Assembly (NCBI RefSeq): GCF_018977255.1
Contig: NW_024704743.1
Span: forward strand, 91,204,001-91,268,000
Source: Callorhinchus milii
Taxonomy: Eukaryota
DNA: 64,000 nt
Direction of reading: 5' to 3'
The position numbers and the translations under genes are program-made. Below are positions 10,880 to 24,809 of this stretch, piece after piece. Each line of letters starts with the position of its first letter. Within the stretch, counting starts at the first letter, position 1. The notes below the pieces were generated by a model. The model was not told the DNA's origin. It searched no databases and saw only the letters and a program-made list of their open reading frames with translations.

Positions 10880-11315
10880 TAACAACAACAAGATTTCATT
10901 TATTGAGCGCCTTTCACGTCGGGAGGACGTCCCAAGGCGCTGTACAGTTGGGTCAGGACCCGAGCAGGGGGGAAATGGTCAGGGTGAGGGGAGGGAAGGG
11001 ATCGAGTGAGGAGGGGGTAGAGAGTTGAGAGGGGAGCTGAAGGCTCGGTCAAAGAGAAAGGTCTTGAGACCGGCCTTGAAGGAGGAAAGGGAGGAAGCGG
11101 CGAAGGCACTGGGGGATGGAGTTCCAGAGCCTCGGGGCTGAGAGGCTGAAGGCCCGGCCAACGATGGTAGGGCGGTTGGGGCGGGGGATGTGGAGCAGAC
11201 CGGAGCCAGAGGAACGGAGGGTACGGGCAGGTAGGTAGGGGGATAGTAGGTCGGAGAGGTAGGAGGGAGCGAGGCCGTGAATGGCCTTGTAGGTGAGGAT
11301 GAGGATCTTGAATTC
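10880..11315 (-). mobile_element. L2 LINE 3' fragment
   Basis: FKILILTYKAIHGLAPSYL...LWNSIP and L2 tail. Confidence 0.9.
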
Positions 11316-11848
11316 CAACAGCCCGAATGGATATGAAAGTGTTGATATATTCTCTGGGGTGATTTGCAACCCTCCTTCCAGCAACTCTCTTCCAATTCTT
11401 TTTGCTCTTTCGCTTTGCAGCCCACAAGGCAACCAACAAAATTAAATCATACCCCAGTAGGAAGAGGCTGGGCACTAAGAGCAGAGATGTCAGGAGAAAA
11501 TTAGAAAAAAAAGGAAACAATAAATTTAAACAAAAATGACAAGCTAGAAAAACACTTTTATTGATACTGTATGATTAAAATCCCATCTGGGAATCCAGAA
11601 CAAGACTTTTTGTACAGTAATGTCACTGGGGAAGATTGTCTGACCTGTGAGGCAACTACAAGAGGAAAGCCATTATAAAAAGACATGTTTTGCCTTGTTT
11701 GGATGGCAGCCTATTCATTTTATGTGCAGGATGAACTAAAATCACAGCAAACGCAGTCAATATCTCCACTGTTTGTTGTTTCAAAAGTGCATAATGCAAC
11801 ATAAGGAATGTAATGAAAAGAGAGTACACAAAAATCTGATAAAAATGA

Positions 11849-11854
11849 TTTATT
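11849..11854 (-). terminator. Candidate LRRCC1 polyadenylation signal AATAAA (alternatives at 12459-12464 and 11557-11562)
   Basis: AATAAA on the minus strand followed by a U/GU-rich tract (tttttgtgtactctctttt). Confidence 0.4.
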
Positions 11855-13293
11855 AAGTATAGTACAAAATAGAATGATATAATTTTACATCTTTTAAATA
11901 AATAAGTGCTTCATCGTTTCTCAAAGAACTATTGTTCTGTAAGAGCCTGACCTGGTAAGAGATTTGTGTGAAAATCTGGTTGTCAGATTAGTGTCACATT
12001 TTTCCTCTCATGAAAATAGAAACCTGTCTTGGCATCAGATTCTGTGACTATTTGGGTATAAACATGAGCCTGAACAATGAGTATCATTGGGCTGGTCTAC
12101 TATGAAGGATGCCTTATTTGAGTCTGATTCTGTTCTTATCTAACATTCAGCAGCAGCAGGAACTGGCCAATTTTTCCTTTCTGGGGTCAAGGGATGCTGA
12201 TGCCAAATGCTGCCTGGGTGAGATTGCCTAAGTCAGCACTGAGCCAGCATTGAAACTTCACACACTCTATGGTTCGATAGCACATTAATAAATGAAAAAT
12301 CATCAGGGTTGTGGATGGTTTTAATTTTTTACATCCATTCAAAACGTCTAATGGAAGCTTGACAATTTTAATTTACAAAGGTGATTTTCTGTTCGGTTAA
12401 AGCCAACACATCACAAGTACAAGCTGAAATCAAACCATACCACGGGCTTACATAAGTGTTTATTGTAGCACACAAAAAAACTAAGGTGCTTTCAGTATAA
12501 GAATGCCTCCAAAAAAGACCATTTTTTTGCTTTCTTGAAGAAGGTTAACCATACTGAAAGTGTGGTCCTTTAGATGCCAAGTCCCCTGGGGCTCAGTGAC
12601 TGACCGTAAGAGCACGGCTAAGTATTTGATTGTTGTGGGGAGCCGTTTCTCAGCTCATTCCTGTCTTCATGAGCCCAAAAATCTTCAGGTATGTTCCTCG
12701 GCTCAAAACTATTCACTTAACATTTAAGACTGTGTGGAATTTTGGAAAGCATTGTGAACAATTCAGTTTTAATATCGAGGCAAATTTTCTGCAATGGGAT
12801 AAAAGGAATTGCAGAAAATCAACTTCCAAATTCAAATTGAATGTTTATATCAAATTTTTGCATCACCTTAAATTTTAAAACAAAGGTCTTGACCTACAAA
12901 ACACGATGGCTTTCAAGTCTTAAGATGTGCATGCAGTTATCACCTTCCAGAAATCACTAGATAGCAAGCATTTGGCGTAGGAATAAGCCTAAGCTTATTT
13001 TCTTCTCTACTCCATAGACATGGGTCCAAAAGGATTACTTCCTTTACAGTCTTGGAAAAGTTCAGGAATTTAAGCTGGGACAAGGAAGTGAACCCAGTCA
13101 TTTCTTCGTGACTGGCTCAGTACTCGTCACATTCAGAAATGAGTGAACATTCAGGCAAAATCATTATACATGATTTAAACTGGCAAGTAACTAATTATTC
13201 TTGTCAGTAGGAATTTGTCATCTTGTGGCTAATTATTTCGGAAGGAAAGGTAAGTTGTAAGTATCACATATCTTATTAAGCATTTCTCTGGTT

Positions 13294-13416
13294 TCACAAT
13301 TCTTGCTGGATATCACTGAGGGCATGAGTCAGTTTTCTTATTTTCTCTTCCATGTTTTTCTTGCTTTTTGCTGTCTCTTGGAGAAGCTGACGCATTTCTT
13401 CTTCCACCTGGTAGAC
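13294..13416 (-). CDS. LRRCC1: LRRCC1 last coding exon (VYQVEEEMRQLLQET...ALSDIQQEL*)
   Basis: ttcag|GTC, TGA at 13296-13294; resembles the LRRCC1 C-terminus. Confidence 0.94.
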   Translation of the reverse strand, partial: VYQVEEEMRQLLQETAKSKKNMEEKIRKLTHALSDIQQEL

Positions 13417-14014
13417 CTGAAAATTACATTGCAATTAGCCTTTAGTATCAGAGATTAATCGTTTCGCTCACAAAATATACATTCAATTCACTTTACAGTA
13501 TATTCTGTGAAGTGCTTTGAGATGTCTAGAAGACGTGAAAAGCTCTATATCAAATGCAAGGATTATTATTAATACTGTACAATCTTTTAGAAATTGGTTG
13601 TCTACTATATAGTAAGATTTCTGTCGGCAGTCAATATCAAATTGATGGGGGAAGGGGTCGGAATCAGGAGTGTAAATTACTAAACATCTTCTAATTTTAA
13701 TTATTACTAAAGATATTTGATAAATTGTGGTTAAAAACATGTCCTTTAATGTTATACATATTTATCAATATTTTTAAACAACAATATACTGAACATCATC
13801 CTTACCCATGGTATGGCACAGAAACAGGCCTTTCGGCCTAACGAGGCTAGTTTTCCCCTCTTTTAACTTTGAAATTTTACTTTTAAAATTATTTTTAGGA
13901 TTGTATTTGGCAAAGAAGCACCCATAGATGCTTGCTCTGTCTGGATCAGGAAGTCTTTAAATCAATCCGTAGAGAGTAGATACTAAACAATTAACCTTTA
14001 GGTTTTCTGGGGCA

Positions 14015-14390
14015 AATCTGGAACTCCATCCTGCAGTCACTCCGCCTCGGCCCCTCCTTTGCCTCCTTCAAGACTCGTTTCAAGACCCTCCTCTTCAACT
14101 GTGCCTTTGGTCACCCTCCTTCCTCCACTGCTCTTCACCCTCCCCGATTCCGCCCCCAGCTCGAGTCCGAAACACTGATTGTCCAGCGCCTTGGGACGTC
14201 CTCCCCACATGAAAGGCGCTATACAAATATAATTTTATTGTTGTTCTCATGGGTTAAGCACTCATTTTTTGATGAGCTGCCTCAACTGTAGAATTGTGCA
14301 CATATTGCTCCTCAATGATCTCTTCAGCGCCTTGGGACGTCCTCCCGACATGAAAGGTGCTATTCAAATGTAATCTTGTTATTGTTTAAT
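14015..14390 (+). mobile_element. Two L2 3'-end fragments
   Basis: cagcgccttgggacgtcctccc...gaaaggcgctat tails. Confidence 0.8.
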
Positions 14391-14735
14391 AAATTGAACT
14401 TTTTTTTAAACAACAGATTCTTTCCTCAGTTTTTTGATTAAGATTTTTAGAAATGGTGTACAGTAGTAGAATATCTCCAAAAATACCTTACTGTATTTTC
14501 TCTCTTGAAGCTGGTTAGGCAAACTGAGATGATTAGCCATACTGACGGTTATTACAACAAAAACAACAACTTGCACTTATATAGCGGCCTCCAGGGTCAT
14601 TTCCATATGTGAAACTCAGTCTAGATGTTTGGATACTCTTAATCATGGTGGGCTTCCCCACATGTCAGATGTCTGGCTGACCCATAAAAAAATCCCTTAA
14701 TCAAAACTTGTTGCCAAAATAAGAGAAAACAATAC

Positions 14736-14871
14736 CTTTTCTTTTGCTGCTTCAATTTCTTTCTGCTTCTGGTTTTCTAGTTGAATGAGTTGTGCCTGTT
14801 GTGCTGCCTGCACAGTCTCATGCTGCCGTCTGAAGGCATCATCCATGGAATGAAGCTTTTCTACTGTAGCC
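14736..14871 (-). CDS. LRRCC1: LRRCC1 penultimate exon (ATVEKLHSMDDAFRRQ...AAKEK)
   Basis: aag|G ... AAG|gtatt, 136 nt; EKLHSMDDAF motif. Confidence 0.93.
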
Positions 14872-15279
14872 CTTAATTATTTCAATCAAAAATCAAGATG
14901 TTCTGATAAAGTATTTTCTTTCATAAAACAACAGAAAAATAACTTTAAAGATAAGACTAAATTTAACAGACTTTTGTAATGGAATAGTTTATTCTCTGAT
15001 AAATGTTCTAAATGTCCTGTTCACTGATTTTTCTTTTGTCCTCTGGTCCTACTTTGTCAGTTTACTTTGAAGTACAATAATTGTCTAGGTTATCTGATCT
15101 GTATCATGAAATCATTTGTATACTTTAACAAGGTGCTCTCTTAACTGCCTTCTTTCCAGACTATAAAGTTTAGATCCCTAATGTTTCTTTATTACTCATT
15201 CACTTTACAATTGGGATCAGACCTGTTACTGATAATTCCTGTTTGTATGTATTAATTGATGAGCAGTGAATTACATTTC

Positions 15280-15880
15280 TAATCCATTCTTAAGGAAACA
15301 AGGGTCGATGTACAAAAAGTATGGCTCCAATTCATCAAAGCTAAAACAATGTAAAGGAGACAACAGCAGGTAATTGGAACTTATGAGCTCCATTTGTCCT
15401 TTCTTTATTAAAGGGCCATAAAGAAGTATGATCCTGGGAATTGTACAGCTGTTAATGTCATGTCTTCACTAGGAAAAATATTGAAACCATTGTAAAGGAG
15501 CATTTAAAGACGTTTACTAGATCAGAGAATTCAAGGCAAGATTTATAAAAGATATGTCACAGTTAACAAATTTGTTGGAATTCCTTGAAAATTACAACTG
15601 AATTCATGGAGGGTAGCAAACTAATGGAGGGTGCACTCTTTTTATCCACAAGCATTTAAGATAAAAGCCTTTTCTCTGAAAACTGATTAAACAATAGGAA
15701 ACAAAGGGCCATTTAAAAAGCAGCAGAGAACCTCAGGGATCAGTACTTTTGGTGCTGTTCAATACATTTATAATAAATTTTCAAATATAGAACATCCAAA
15801 TAAAAACAAACAGGTTACAAGAATGACGGATAAATGTTAAATAAGATAAATCAATACAAAGGCCCAAGTGTAATAGTAGA
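15280..15880 (+). mobile_element. Old CR1-like RT remnant
   Basis: Degenerate gatcctgggaatt..agctgtta..gtcttcactaggaaaaatattgaa (DPGNYRPVSLTS-like); ttaacaaatttgttggaattccttgaa (LTNLLEF). Confidence 0.5.
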
Positions 15881-16012
15881 CCAAACACTGTGCCCTCCCG
15901 ATGTGAAAGGCGCTTTGCAAATGTAATTTTGTTGTTGCTACTGTTTCACGACTTAGGCTCTAAATCTTACGGTAACAATTGCAATTCAAGCAATACAAGT
16001 AAGCAATACAAG

Positions 16013-16320
16013 GTGGAGTCCTGTAGCTCAATAGTTAGAGCACTCGCCTCGCAAGTGAGAAACCTGGGTTTGATTCCCAGCAGGGGAAAACCTTAGGCAA
16101 GTTCCTTCCTCCACATGCCTAATAATAATCCCTCAGGGAAGAAAAAAGAATAATAAATTGGTCACTTCAATCCACAACTGTTTGTGGGACACTGCTGTTT
16201 GCAATTGGCTGCCATGTTTCGCCCACAAATGTACAGTCAATTCATTTTACAGTATATTCTGTGAAGCAGTCGAGAAGACGTGAAAAGTGCTATATCAAAT
16301 GCAAGGATTATTATTATTAT
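16013..16320 (+). mobile_element. tRNA-derived Deu-SINE, near full length
   Basis: gtggagtcctgtagctca head, Deu core, (ATT)n tail. Confidence 0.88.
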
Positions 16321-16731
16321 ATAAGCAGTACAGCCTATTGAGGCTGAGACATTAACAAAGTTCAAAATTTACCTCTGCAAATTGTCCAACCTGAATAATT
16401 ATTTGAAGAGGCAGACTAAAAGAGTATGGGGGTGGTGGTGGTGAAGGAAAGCAAGGAAATGCGATCAGAAGATTTATCTCCTGTGGATGAGCTAGAATGG
16501 GGTAATTTCTACAATTTCCTGACAGTCTATAAGGCATTGGTGAGATCATATGTAGATTATTGGGTTCAAAGTGTGATTATGGTACTTAGTGAAAGAAAAA
16601 TACAGTAGAAAGGATTCAGGGAATGAACTGTGAAGAGATTAAGGAAGCAAGACACATTTCCAGAAGAAGCACGATCTAACAGCACGTATAGTAACTGTCC
16701 TTACGGACCGTTTGTTATTTTCAAAACTTAC

Positions 16732-16868
16732 TTCTGAGCTTGCAAAGCTTTGTTTCTTTCTTCAACAAGCTTCTTTTCATTGGCATCAAAATTTTCTTTC
16801 ATCTGTTTGACCTGTATTTCCAACTTGTCAGTAGCTCTGCTTTATCCTGCCACTTCTTATTAACAGCA
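16732..16868 (-). CDS. LRRCC1: LRRCC1 exon (AVNKKWQDKAELLT-fs-LEIQVKQMKENF...ALQAQ), with an apparent 1-nt deletion
   Basis: tag|T ... AA|gtaagt; 137 nt although the flanking phases (2 and 2) need a multiple of 3; both halves match LRRCC1 in different frames. Confidence 0.88.
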
Positions 16869-17486
16869 CTACAAAGAAACATAACACCAAACAAAATAGT
16901 TTATAGAAGCCAAACCAACTTTGATAACGTGACAAAGAAAATAAATCAATGGCAGGTTTTTGAAGACTTGGAACAGAAATTGTAGTGAAAGCTTTCTCTA
17001 CCAATATATTTGATATAATTGGTCCTACAAAACTAATTTCAAACAACAAGCTGGAACCACAAGCTTTATGCATACACTGTATTTCAATCACATCAAGATC
17101 AAGAGAGATCAGGCAATATCGTTTTAATGAGACTTGAAAAGATTAATTGTAGAACCATAGTTTAGACTATTCCTTACCAAGAACTGAGTATTGATCAGAG
17201 CCTAACACATCCTCTATCAATTTAAATCGAGCAATACAGGGTTAATATTTTATAATATATGAATGATATTAGTTATGTTATATTTAGGAACTTTTGATAG
17301 TAACTTCTCTTTTATATTATGCTATGGATATAATTCTTTTACCAACGTATATACATATATTCTGTGTAGTATATATAATGTACATCTTTAGATACTTGTC
17401 ATTTTTTTCATGTCCTTGAATCAAAAAGAACTAACGAATGGGGCATTAATGGGTAATGAAGCACTGCTGCTAACTTTCCCATTTAC

Positions 17487-17695
17487 CTATATGCCTTCTT
17501 AGTTTCCTCCAGCTCCGCTTCTTTATCTTCAAGCTGCTGCTTTAGATCATTCTTCCGTTCCGAAAGTCTCTCTACCCTCTCCTTCAGATCCTGTGATATT
17601 ATAGCCTCATCGTCCAATTGTTCCTGAAACCTCCTTTGTGTCTGGAGGTTCTCCTCACGAACTTTCCTGATTTGTTCGTCTCTTTCTTGCAAACC
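17487..17695 (-). CDS. LRRCC1: LRRCC1 exon (GLQERDEQIRKV...ELEETKKAY)
   Basis: cag|GGT ... AG|gtaaat, 209 nt. Confidence 0.94.
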
Positions 17696-17727
17696 CTGCA
17701 GATTATTAGTGGTTCATTAGATCTTCT

Positions 17728-18088
17728 GTGGAGTCCTGTACCTCAGTGCTTAGAGCACTCACCTTATAAGCGAGAGACCTGGGTTCTATTCCCGGCAAGG
17801 CGAAACGTTGGGCAAGTTTCCTTACTCCACACACCTCTGTTTATCTAGCAGTAAGTAGGAACCCATCGATTGACGGATCCCTTTTCCAGGGGTAATAATT
17901 CCTCCAAAATAATAATGATAATTTGGTCACTCAATCCACAACTGTTTGTGGGACACTGCTGTGTGCAATTGGCTGCTGCGTTCCGCCCACAAAATATACA
18001 GTCAATTCACTTCGCCGAATATTTTGAGAAGCACTTTAAGATACCTCGAAAATGTGGTAAGGCGTTATATTAAATGCAAGGAATATTT
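17728..18088 (+). mobile_element. tRNA-derived Deu-SINE
   Basis: Same family; lies about 30 nt from a LRRCC1 acceptor. Confidence 0.88.
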
Positions 18089-18329
18089 TTCTTTCGAAAG
18101 TGATATTTGATTGAAATACATTAAACATATGGTTTCTCACTATTACATTCCTTGTACTCGATTAAAAGCTGCCATTTTATTTCATAGGTTTATATTTTCC
18201 ATTTAATGTTACTGCTTCTGGAACCTATGCTTTGACATTTACCATATGAATTATGCAAGAAAGTTAGCTGTATGGCCGAAATAATCCACACAAGAGATTG
18301 CTTTACAGGTTGAAGGGAAGGGGGAGGTA

Positions 18330-21230
18330 ACAACAAATTGCATTTGTATAGTGCATTTCACGTTGGCAGGACGTTCCAAGGCGCTGGACAGTCAGAGATT
18401 TGGACCCGAGCTGGGGGTTGGGATCAGCAGGGGTGCAAGGTAGGGAGGGTGCCCGAAAGCGCGGTTGAAGAGGAGGGTCTTGAGATGTGTCTTGAAGGTG
18501 GCAAGGGAGTGAGGGAGGTGAAGGGACTGTGGGATGGAGTTCCAAAGGATGGGGCCAGAGACGCTGAAAGCCCAACGCAAATGGTGGGGCGGCCTGGGCA
18601 GGGGACGTGGAGCAGGGCAGAGGCTCTTGAGCGAAAGAAACTAACAGGTTGATAAGGAGTCAGCAGGTCACAGAGGCAGGAGGGGGCAAGGCCGTGGATG
18701 GCCATGAAGGCAAGGATGTGGATTTTGAACTCTATCCTCTGGGGGATGGGGAGCTGGTGCAGCTGAGCGAGGGCGATGGGGTCACGGAGCCTGGTGCAGG
18801 GGACGACATGAGCTGCAGAGTTCTGGATGGTCTGCAGCTTGTGGAGGGAAGAGTTGGGAAGGCTGACAAGCAGGGAGTTAGTGCAGTGGAGCCTAGATGT
18901 GATAAATGCGTGGATGAGGATATTGGCGGCCTGAGGGGTGAGGCAGTGGCAGAACCGGGTAATGTTTTGGAGGTGGGGGAAGGCAGAGCGGGTCATGTAC
19001 GGATGTGGGATAGAAAGGACATTTGAGAGTCAAACAAGACCGAGAGATAGAATGGGTGTCATCCGCAAACATGTGGAAGTTGATCCCATGTCTGCGGATG
19101 ATGTCTCCAAAGTGCCAGGGAGTGAAGGGATTTGAGCACAAATGTGAGGATCTTGAAATCGATCCATTCGGTGATGTGGAGCCAGTGGAACCTGGCCAGA
19201 ACTGGTGAGATGTGGGTATGGAGTTTGGTCCGGGTCAGTATGCGGGCAGTAGAGTTCTGAATGAGCTGGATCTTTTGAATAGTGGAGCTTGGGAGACCGG
19301 CGAGGAGTTTGTTTGCGTAATCCAGGTGGGAGGTTACAAACACATGCACAAGGGTGTCTGCTGCATTTGGGGTAAGGTACGGTTGAAGGTGGGCAATGTG
19401 GCAGAGGTGGAGGAAGGCGATCCTGGTCGGGGGGGGGGGGGGTCAAACTGAACGCCTAGATTGTGCACTGGTTCGGTGAGTCTAAGGGAGAGCCCAGGGA
19501 GGTTGAGGAGTTTAGATCCGTAGGAGTGAAGACATAGCCGGGAGCCAAGGAGCATGGCTTCCGTCTTGTCCACATTCAGCTGCAGGAAGTTTGCACTCAA
19601 CCAGGCCCTGATGTCTGTCAGACAAGCTGATAGAACATTAGTGAACCTGGAGTCAATGCTGGAGGCGGCAAAGTAGATTTGTGTGTCATCAGCATACATG
19701 TGGGAGTTTACCCCATGTTTGCGGATGACATTGCCAAGCGGGAGCATATAGAGCCATGAAGGTTGAGGTGAGAGAGGCCATGGAGGAGGATAGAATGATA
19801 AACAGTGTCAAAGGCAGCAGAGAGGTCAATGAGGACGAGGAGACAGAGACAGCCCTATTCACAGGAGGACAAAATGTCATTTGTCACCTTGACCAAAGCT
19901 GTTTCTGTGCTGTTGGCAGCACGAAAATCAGATTGGAGGGGTTTGATGAGTTATTTGTGGGAGAGGAAGGGGTGAAGCTGAGAAGCAACGACTCAATCCA
20001 GGACCTTGAAAAGGATAGGGAGGTTGGAGATGCACCCAGGGAAGATTTTTTGAGGATGGGGGTGTTGATGACTGTTTTTAAGGGGGTGGAAACGCTGGAC
20101 AAGGAGAGTTTGATGATATCTGTGAAAAGGGGCGCAAGGAGGTGGAGCTGGGAGGTTAGGTTAAGGGTAGGGATGGGGTCAAGGGAGAAGGTGGTCAGTT
20201 TCATTTGGGTCATATTGGTGGTGAGGAGGACGAGGAGACAGGTTTGATGGTTTGGAGGGAGGTTTGGGTAGGGGCCGGAGTGCGAGGGGAAGATGGGGAG
20301 CCGGTTGTTAGTGGAGAAGAGGAGCCCGGGGCTGTCCTTGGCCTCCAAGATTGTCTTGGAGTAGAAGGACGATTTAGTGGAGGCGAAGGCGGAGCGGTAA
20401 GTTTTGATGTGGTCCAATCAGATTTGCCGATGCACCATTAAATAAGATTTGTGCCAGATGTGTTCTGCAACACAAAACTGTGACTTAAGGGAGCATGGGT
20501 GCCTGGTGTACCAGGGTGACTTGCGTAAGTAGGAGGCAGTTCAGGAGGTGAGGGGGGCAAGGGCATCGAGAGTGGTGGAGAGGGAGTTGTGGAGGAAAGT
20601 GACTGAGGTCATTGCGGGAGGAAGCCCAGAGGGGGAGGAGTTCAGGTGACTCCAAGGCAGCAGAGAGGGAGGTGGGGGAGAGGAGATTTTTTTTCCTTTC
20701 CGTAAATGGAGGTAGGTTGGGTGGCAGTGGGGAAAGGGATTGAGGAGTTAAGGGAGATTAAGTAATCGTCTGAGATGGCTTTGTTGGTGCTGGTGATGTC
20801 TGATATAACGCCTTTTGACGTCTTCGAGACATCTCAAAGCTCTTCAATAACATTTGTAAAGGGCCTTTCACATTGGGAGGATGTCCTAAGGCACTGAACA
20901 GTCAGGGATTAGGGATTTGGACCTTAGCGGGGGTGTTGGGATCAGGGAAGGTGGAGGGCGGAGAGGATAGGAGGGTGGTCGAAGGCACGGTCGAAGAGGA
21001 GGGTCTTGAGACGTGCCTTGAAGGAGACAAGGGAGGGAGCGAGGCGAAGGGAATGTGGGATGACGTCCCAGAGGGTAGGGGCAGAGAGGCTGAAGGCCCG
21101 ACCACCGATGGTGGGATTGGCGGGAGGACATGGAGCAGGCCGGAGCCTTTAAAGCGGAGGAAGCAGATAGGTTGATAAGGGGTTAGCAGGTCAGAGGAAG
21201 GAGGGTGCAAGGCTGTGGAAGGGGTAAGAT
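18330..21230 (-). mobile_element. Cluster of nested/adjacent L2 LINE fragments
   Basis: Several RT segments ([29 protein letters not shown]) and L2 tails; frameshifted. Confidence 0.9.
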
Positions 21231-21673
21231 CGTAAAGTAAATTGACTGTATATCACTCAAAGAGCACAATCTACGAGTCAAAACTAGTAGTTCCAATAAA
21301 CAGATCTTTGATGCCATCAGCAAATGGTGCGTGCGGCAAATAAGACAACCACAATTTTTGTTGCTCATCTAGAGGGTTAGTGTAAATTACACAATAACAC
21401 ATTTGACACAAGGCATGGGTCTGGCTGTACTAAAATGGTCTGTTCTGATGTTGCACATTCGTATCTTATATTCTGGTCCCATGCGAACATCAAGAAACAG
21501 TAGCAAGAATTGAGTTGTTCTGCCTCCCAGCAAGGATTTGCATTTATCAGTGGTACTGATTTTATTCTGTCACTTCTTATTAAAAGCATATCATCCATTA
21601 TTCAGTTCTTTACTGCATCAATTTTCCTGTATTGTACCAAGCAACTACAAAGTTTCCAGAATGAATATCTTAC

Positions 21674-21837
21674 CTCTTTCAGTTTTCTGATTGTTTCTGT
21701 TTGATCATCTACTATTTTGTTTTTTATCTTCAAAGCATCAATATCGCGTACATTTTGTTTTTTAATCGATTCAATCTCTGAAGTTAGCACTTCAATCCTT
21801 GCCTCAAGTCTTCCTCGGTCTTGAGCCAGGGAAGAGC
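21674..21837 (-). CDS. LRRCC1: LRRCC1 exon (SSLAQDRGRLEARIE...DDQTETIRKLKE)
   Basis: cag|GC ... GAG|gtaag, 164 nt. Confidence 0.94.
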
Positions 21838-22420
21838 CTGTATAGTTAAAACAGTGCACTGATAGCAACCACTCAAAATGACAGTGTAGCTTGTCGTGGG
21901 TACAGACAACACTTTGCATGGCAATTGTTTTTTTTGGTCAGCCTGGTGTTTGACATATGTTTAAGGGTATGCCAAAGGTTACATGTGTCATGTTGTCACT
22001 CCTATCCCTAGGTTCATAATATTTACACAAGATGCTCATTAGAAACTCCAAATATTAAACTTTAAAGTGCCTTTTCAGATTGGGATGATGTCTCAAAGCG
22101 CTTCACAGGATTTTATTGCAAAGTTTGTTGACTGTATTTTGAACATGAATGCCACAGCTAAATTGGACACTGCAAATTTCCATTGTCAGATTAAAGTCTA
22201 TTTAATGTCATACATTTTGTAAATTAATATACTTCAGGTTGTCACAATGAATCAGATTTGCTGTGTCAATTGACCAAACTCACCATTATTCATTCTGTAT
22301 TGTGCTCACAATATATTTTAAAATACTGCCATCTCATTTTCAGTTCTGTTTTCACCACAATTTTAAAAAACCTATTCCATATTATAGATTTGACTGTTAT
22401 TGGGTACCATAACAGTCTTA

Positions 22421-22700
22421 AGAGTTCTGTAGCTCAGTGGTTAGAGCACTCGCCTTGCAAGTGAGACACTTGAGTTCAATTCCAGGCAGGGCGAAACCTT
22501 GGGCAAGTTTCCTGACTCCACGCGCCTAATAATAATCCCTCCAAAACAATAATAAATTGGTCATTTTCAATCTATGACTGTTTGTGGGACACTGCTGTGT
22601 GCAATTGGCTGTCATGTTTTACCCACAAATATACGGTCAATTCACTTTACAGTCTATTCTGTGAAGCGCTTTGAGATGTCAAGATTATTATTATTATTAT
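22421..22700 (+). mobile_element. tRNA-derived Deu-SINE
   Basis: tagctcagtggttagagcactcgccttgcaag head, (ATT)n tail. Confidence 0.88.
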
Positions 22701-24809
22701 AACAAGAGAATTTGGACTATTTTTATTTCAGTTTTCAAAGGGAAGCATAAGCCTAAATTCTTATTGTAGAATAAAGACTGATCACATCCATATACCCACA
22801 ATAATTTAAAGAGGTACATCAAAATCTGTAAATTGGTTTGCGTGGAGGTTAGTAAAACCTAAACTCAAAGATGTGACCAAAAACCTGTTTTTAACTGCAT
22901 GCAATTTACAACTCCTGTAATGGTTGGTACAAAACCAGAGCCGCAGTTTTACTGACAATTCTTGTTGAAAGGCTTCCTGATTTCAACTCATTAATAAGAC
23001 ATCTGTTAGAATTGCTGCTGACATGTGGGAAATCCACAATGGAAGTAGATTGTTTTGGGGCAAAGTTCCAACCATTTACTGTGACAAACTTTCTTAAACG
23101 TTTCCACATGCCAATTTTGAGTGCTCCTTAAGGAGTTCAGTTAAGAAATATGGTAAATTGGACCCCATTATTACTGTTGGAGTGACGTATTCCATTGACC
23201 CACTTGAGAAGCTCTGAGTTGAGTTTAAAACTTAAATGTCAAACGCCAGGATATTATAAAATATTCTGCAGAGAAGGGGTCAATAATGCAATGCCATGAC
23301 AACGCCGTCACGGAATCCATCTACTCTAATCCCATTTCTCTGCTCCTTCTCCATTTTTACCTCAATATGTATATTTTGTGCCCCATTAGCTGCCGCGTTT
23401 CACCCACAGAATATGCAGTCAATTCAATTTACAGTATATTCTGTGAAATGCTTTGATACGTTTCAAAGACGTAATAAGGTGCTTATATCAAATGCAAGGT
23501 TTTTTTTAAAAAAAAATCCTTTTAAAATATACTAACCGGAATAAGATTAAAATTTCTCATTCAAGGTAATAGGCTTTTTCTTAAACAAATAGATACGGGG
23601 AAAAATAGAGAGGAATGGTCACACATAGAACTTCTCCTCACAAAAGCATAACTATTCTTAGCAAAACCACAAGGTGGCATTAAAGCTTTATTCGTAGTCT
23701 GTCAAAGTAATCTAAAGTCTCGAACAAAAGTATGGATCCACACTTCAAATAAGATTACAGAAAGTAAAAATGTAGTGAAGGATATTTCAAAATTCTGAAC
23801 TATCCTTCATAGTAAAACCATATTTATTTGTAAACTGATAAATCTTAACATTTCTGGTTTCTTGAAGATAACAGTAACTTATTTTTATTCATTTCATGGC
23901 ATCAGCTCCTTTTGTTCTCTCCTTTCTTGTATTCACAGGCTATTAAAGACATATCTCAGTGACCTTATCAAAAAATTCAACAGATTATAATTCAATTAAG
24001 ATAAGCAACAGTATAGCAAATAAACTTTGTTTTTCTGATACAGAAAATTGCCTTTGAAGCATCAATCAGACATTTTACAAAAGCACTTTTTGAAAGATGA
24101 TTTTGTTTGGTCAGGAGAGTATCTTACACATGCGGAAACCCATTGCCATATTTAAAAGCATCTAAATCAGGCAGGGTTTCACATACATATGCCACCTAGG
24201 AATGGACATTCCCTGCGACTGAACTCTTCAGTCTTCCTGGAGAGACAACCCTCCTAAAGAGTATCAGACACAGGTTGGCAAGAGTCAAGGCTTGTGTACC
24301 TCAGAGTGGAGTTAAATCAGCTTAAAACACATTCCTTGCCATTGAGACTACTGGCAAATTTTCTGCTGTTTATCCAGCTAGAACCATCCACTATTAGGGT
24401 TTTGGCTTTCAAGGTTAAACTTTACATTCATCAAAACCTTTAATTGCGCAAACGATTTTAATGCAGCAAATTTATTTTTCACCAATTCCATGTGCCTTAT
24501 TTCTTTAGAAATCCTCACGTACAGAAGTTAATTCCATAAGCCTCCTGCACTTACAAATATATTAGATCATATCCACTGTGAATTCCTTGTGCACTATTTA
24601 TTTCCTCAAATAATTCTAGAATATGTTTGATTCTAAATTCATGCTGACTGTCCCTGAGTGCCTTCACTCTACACGGAAAAAGACGAAAGTATTCCACAAA
24701 GCAATCTGCAATACTGATGCTTTACTAAATGGTTGTCACTTCCAGGTTTCATTGCTTTTTGAACATGCTTCTTACTCTCCATTTCTCAGGTGTAACCATT
24801 TACTTAAGG

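Noticed and set aside
22421..22495. tRNA-Ala(TGC)-like genes (also 16013, 17728, 30340, 48330, 52300)
   Set aside because: Heads of tRNA-derived SINEs: no proper acceptor stem, and they continue into the Deu core and LINE-like tail.
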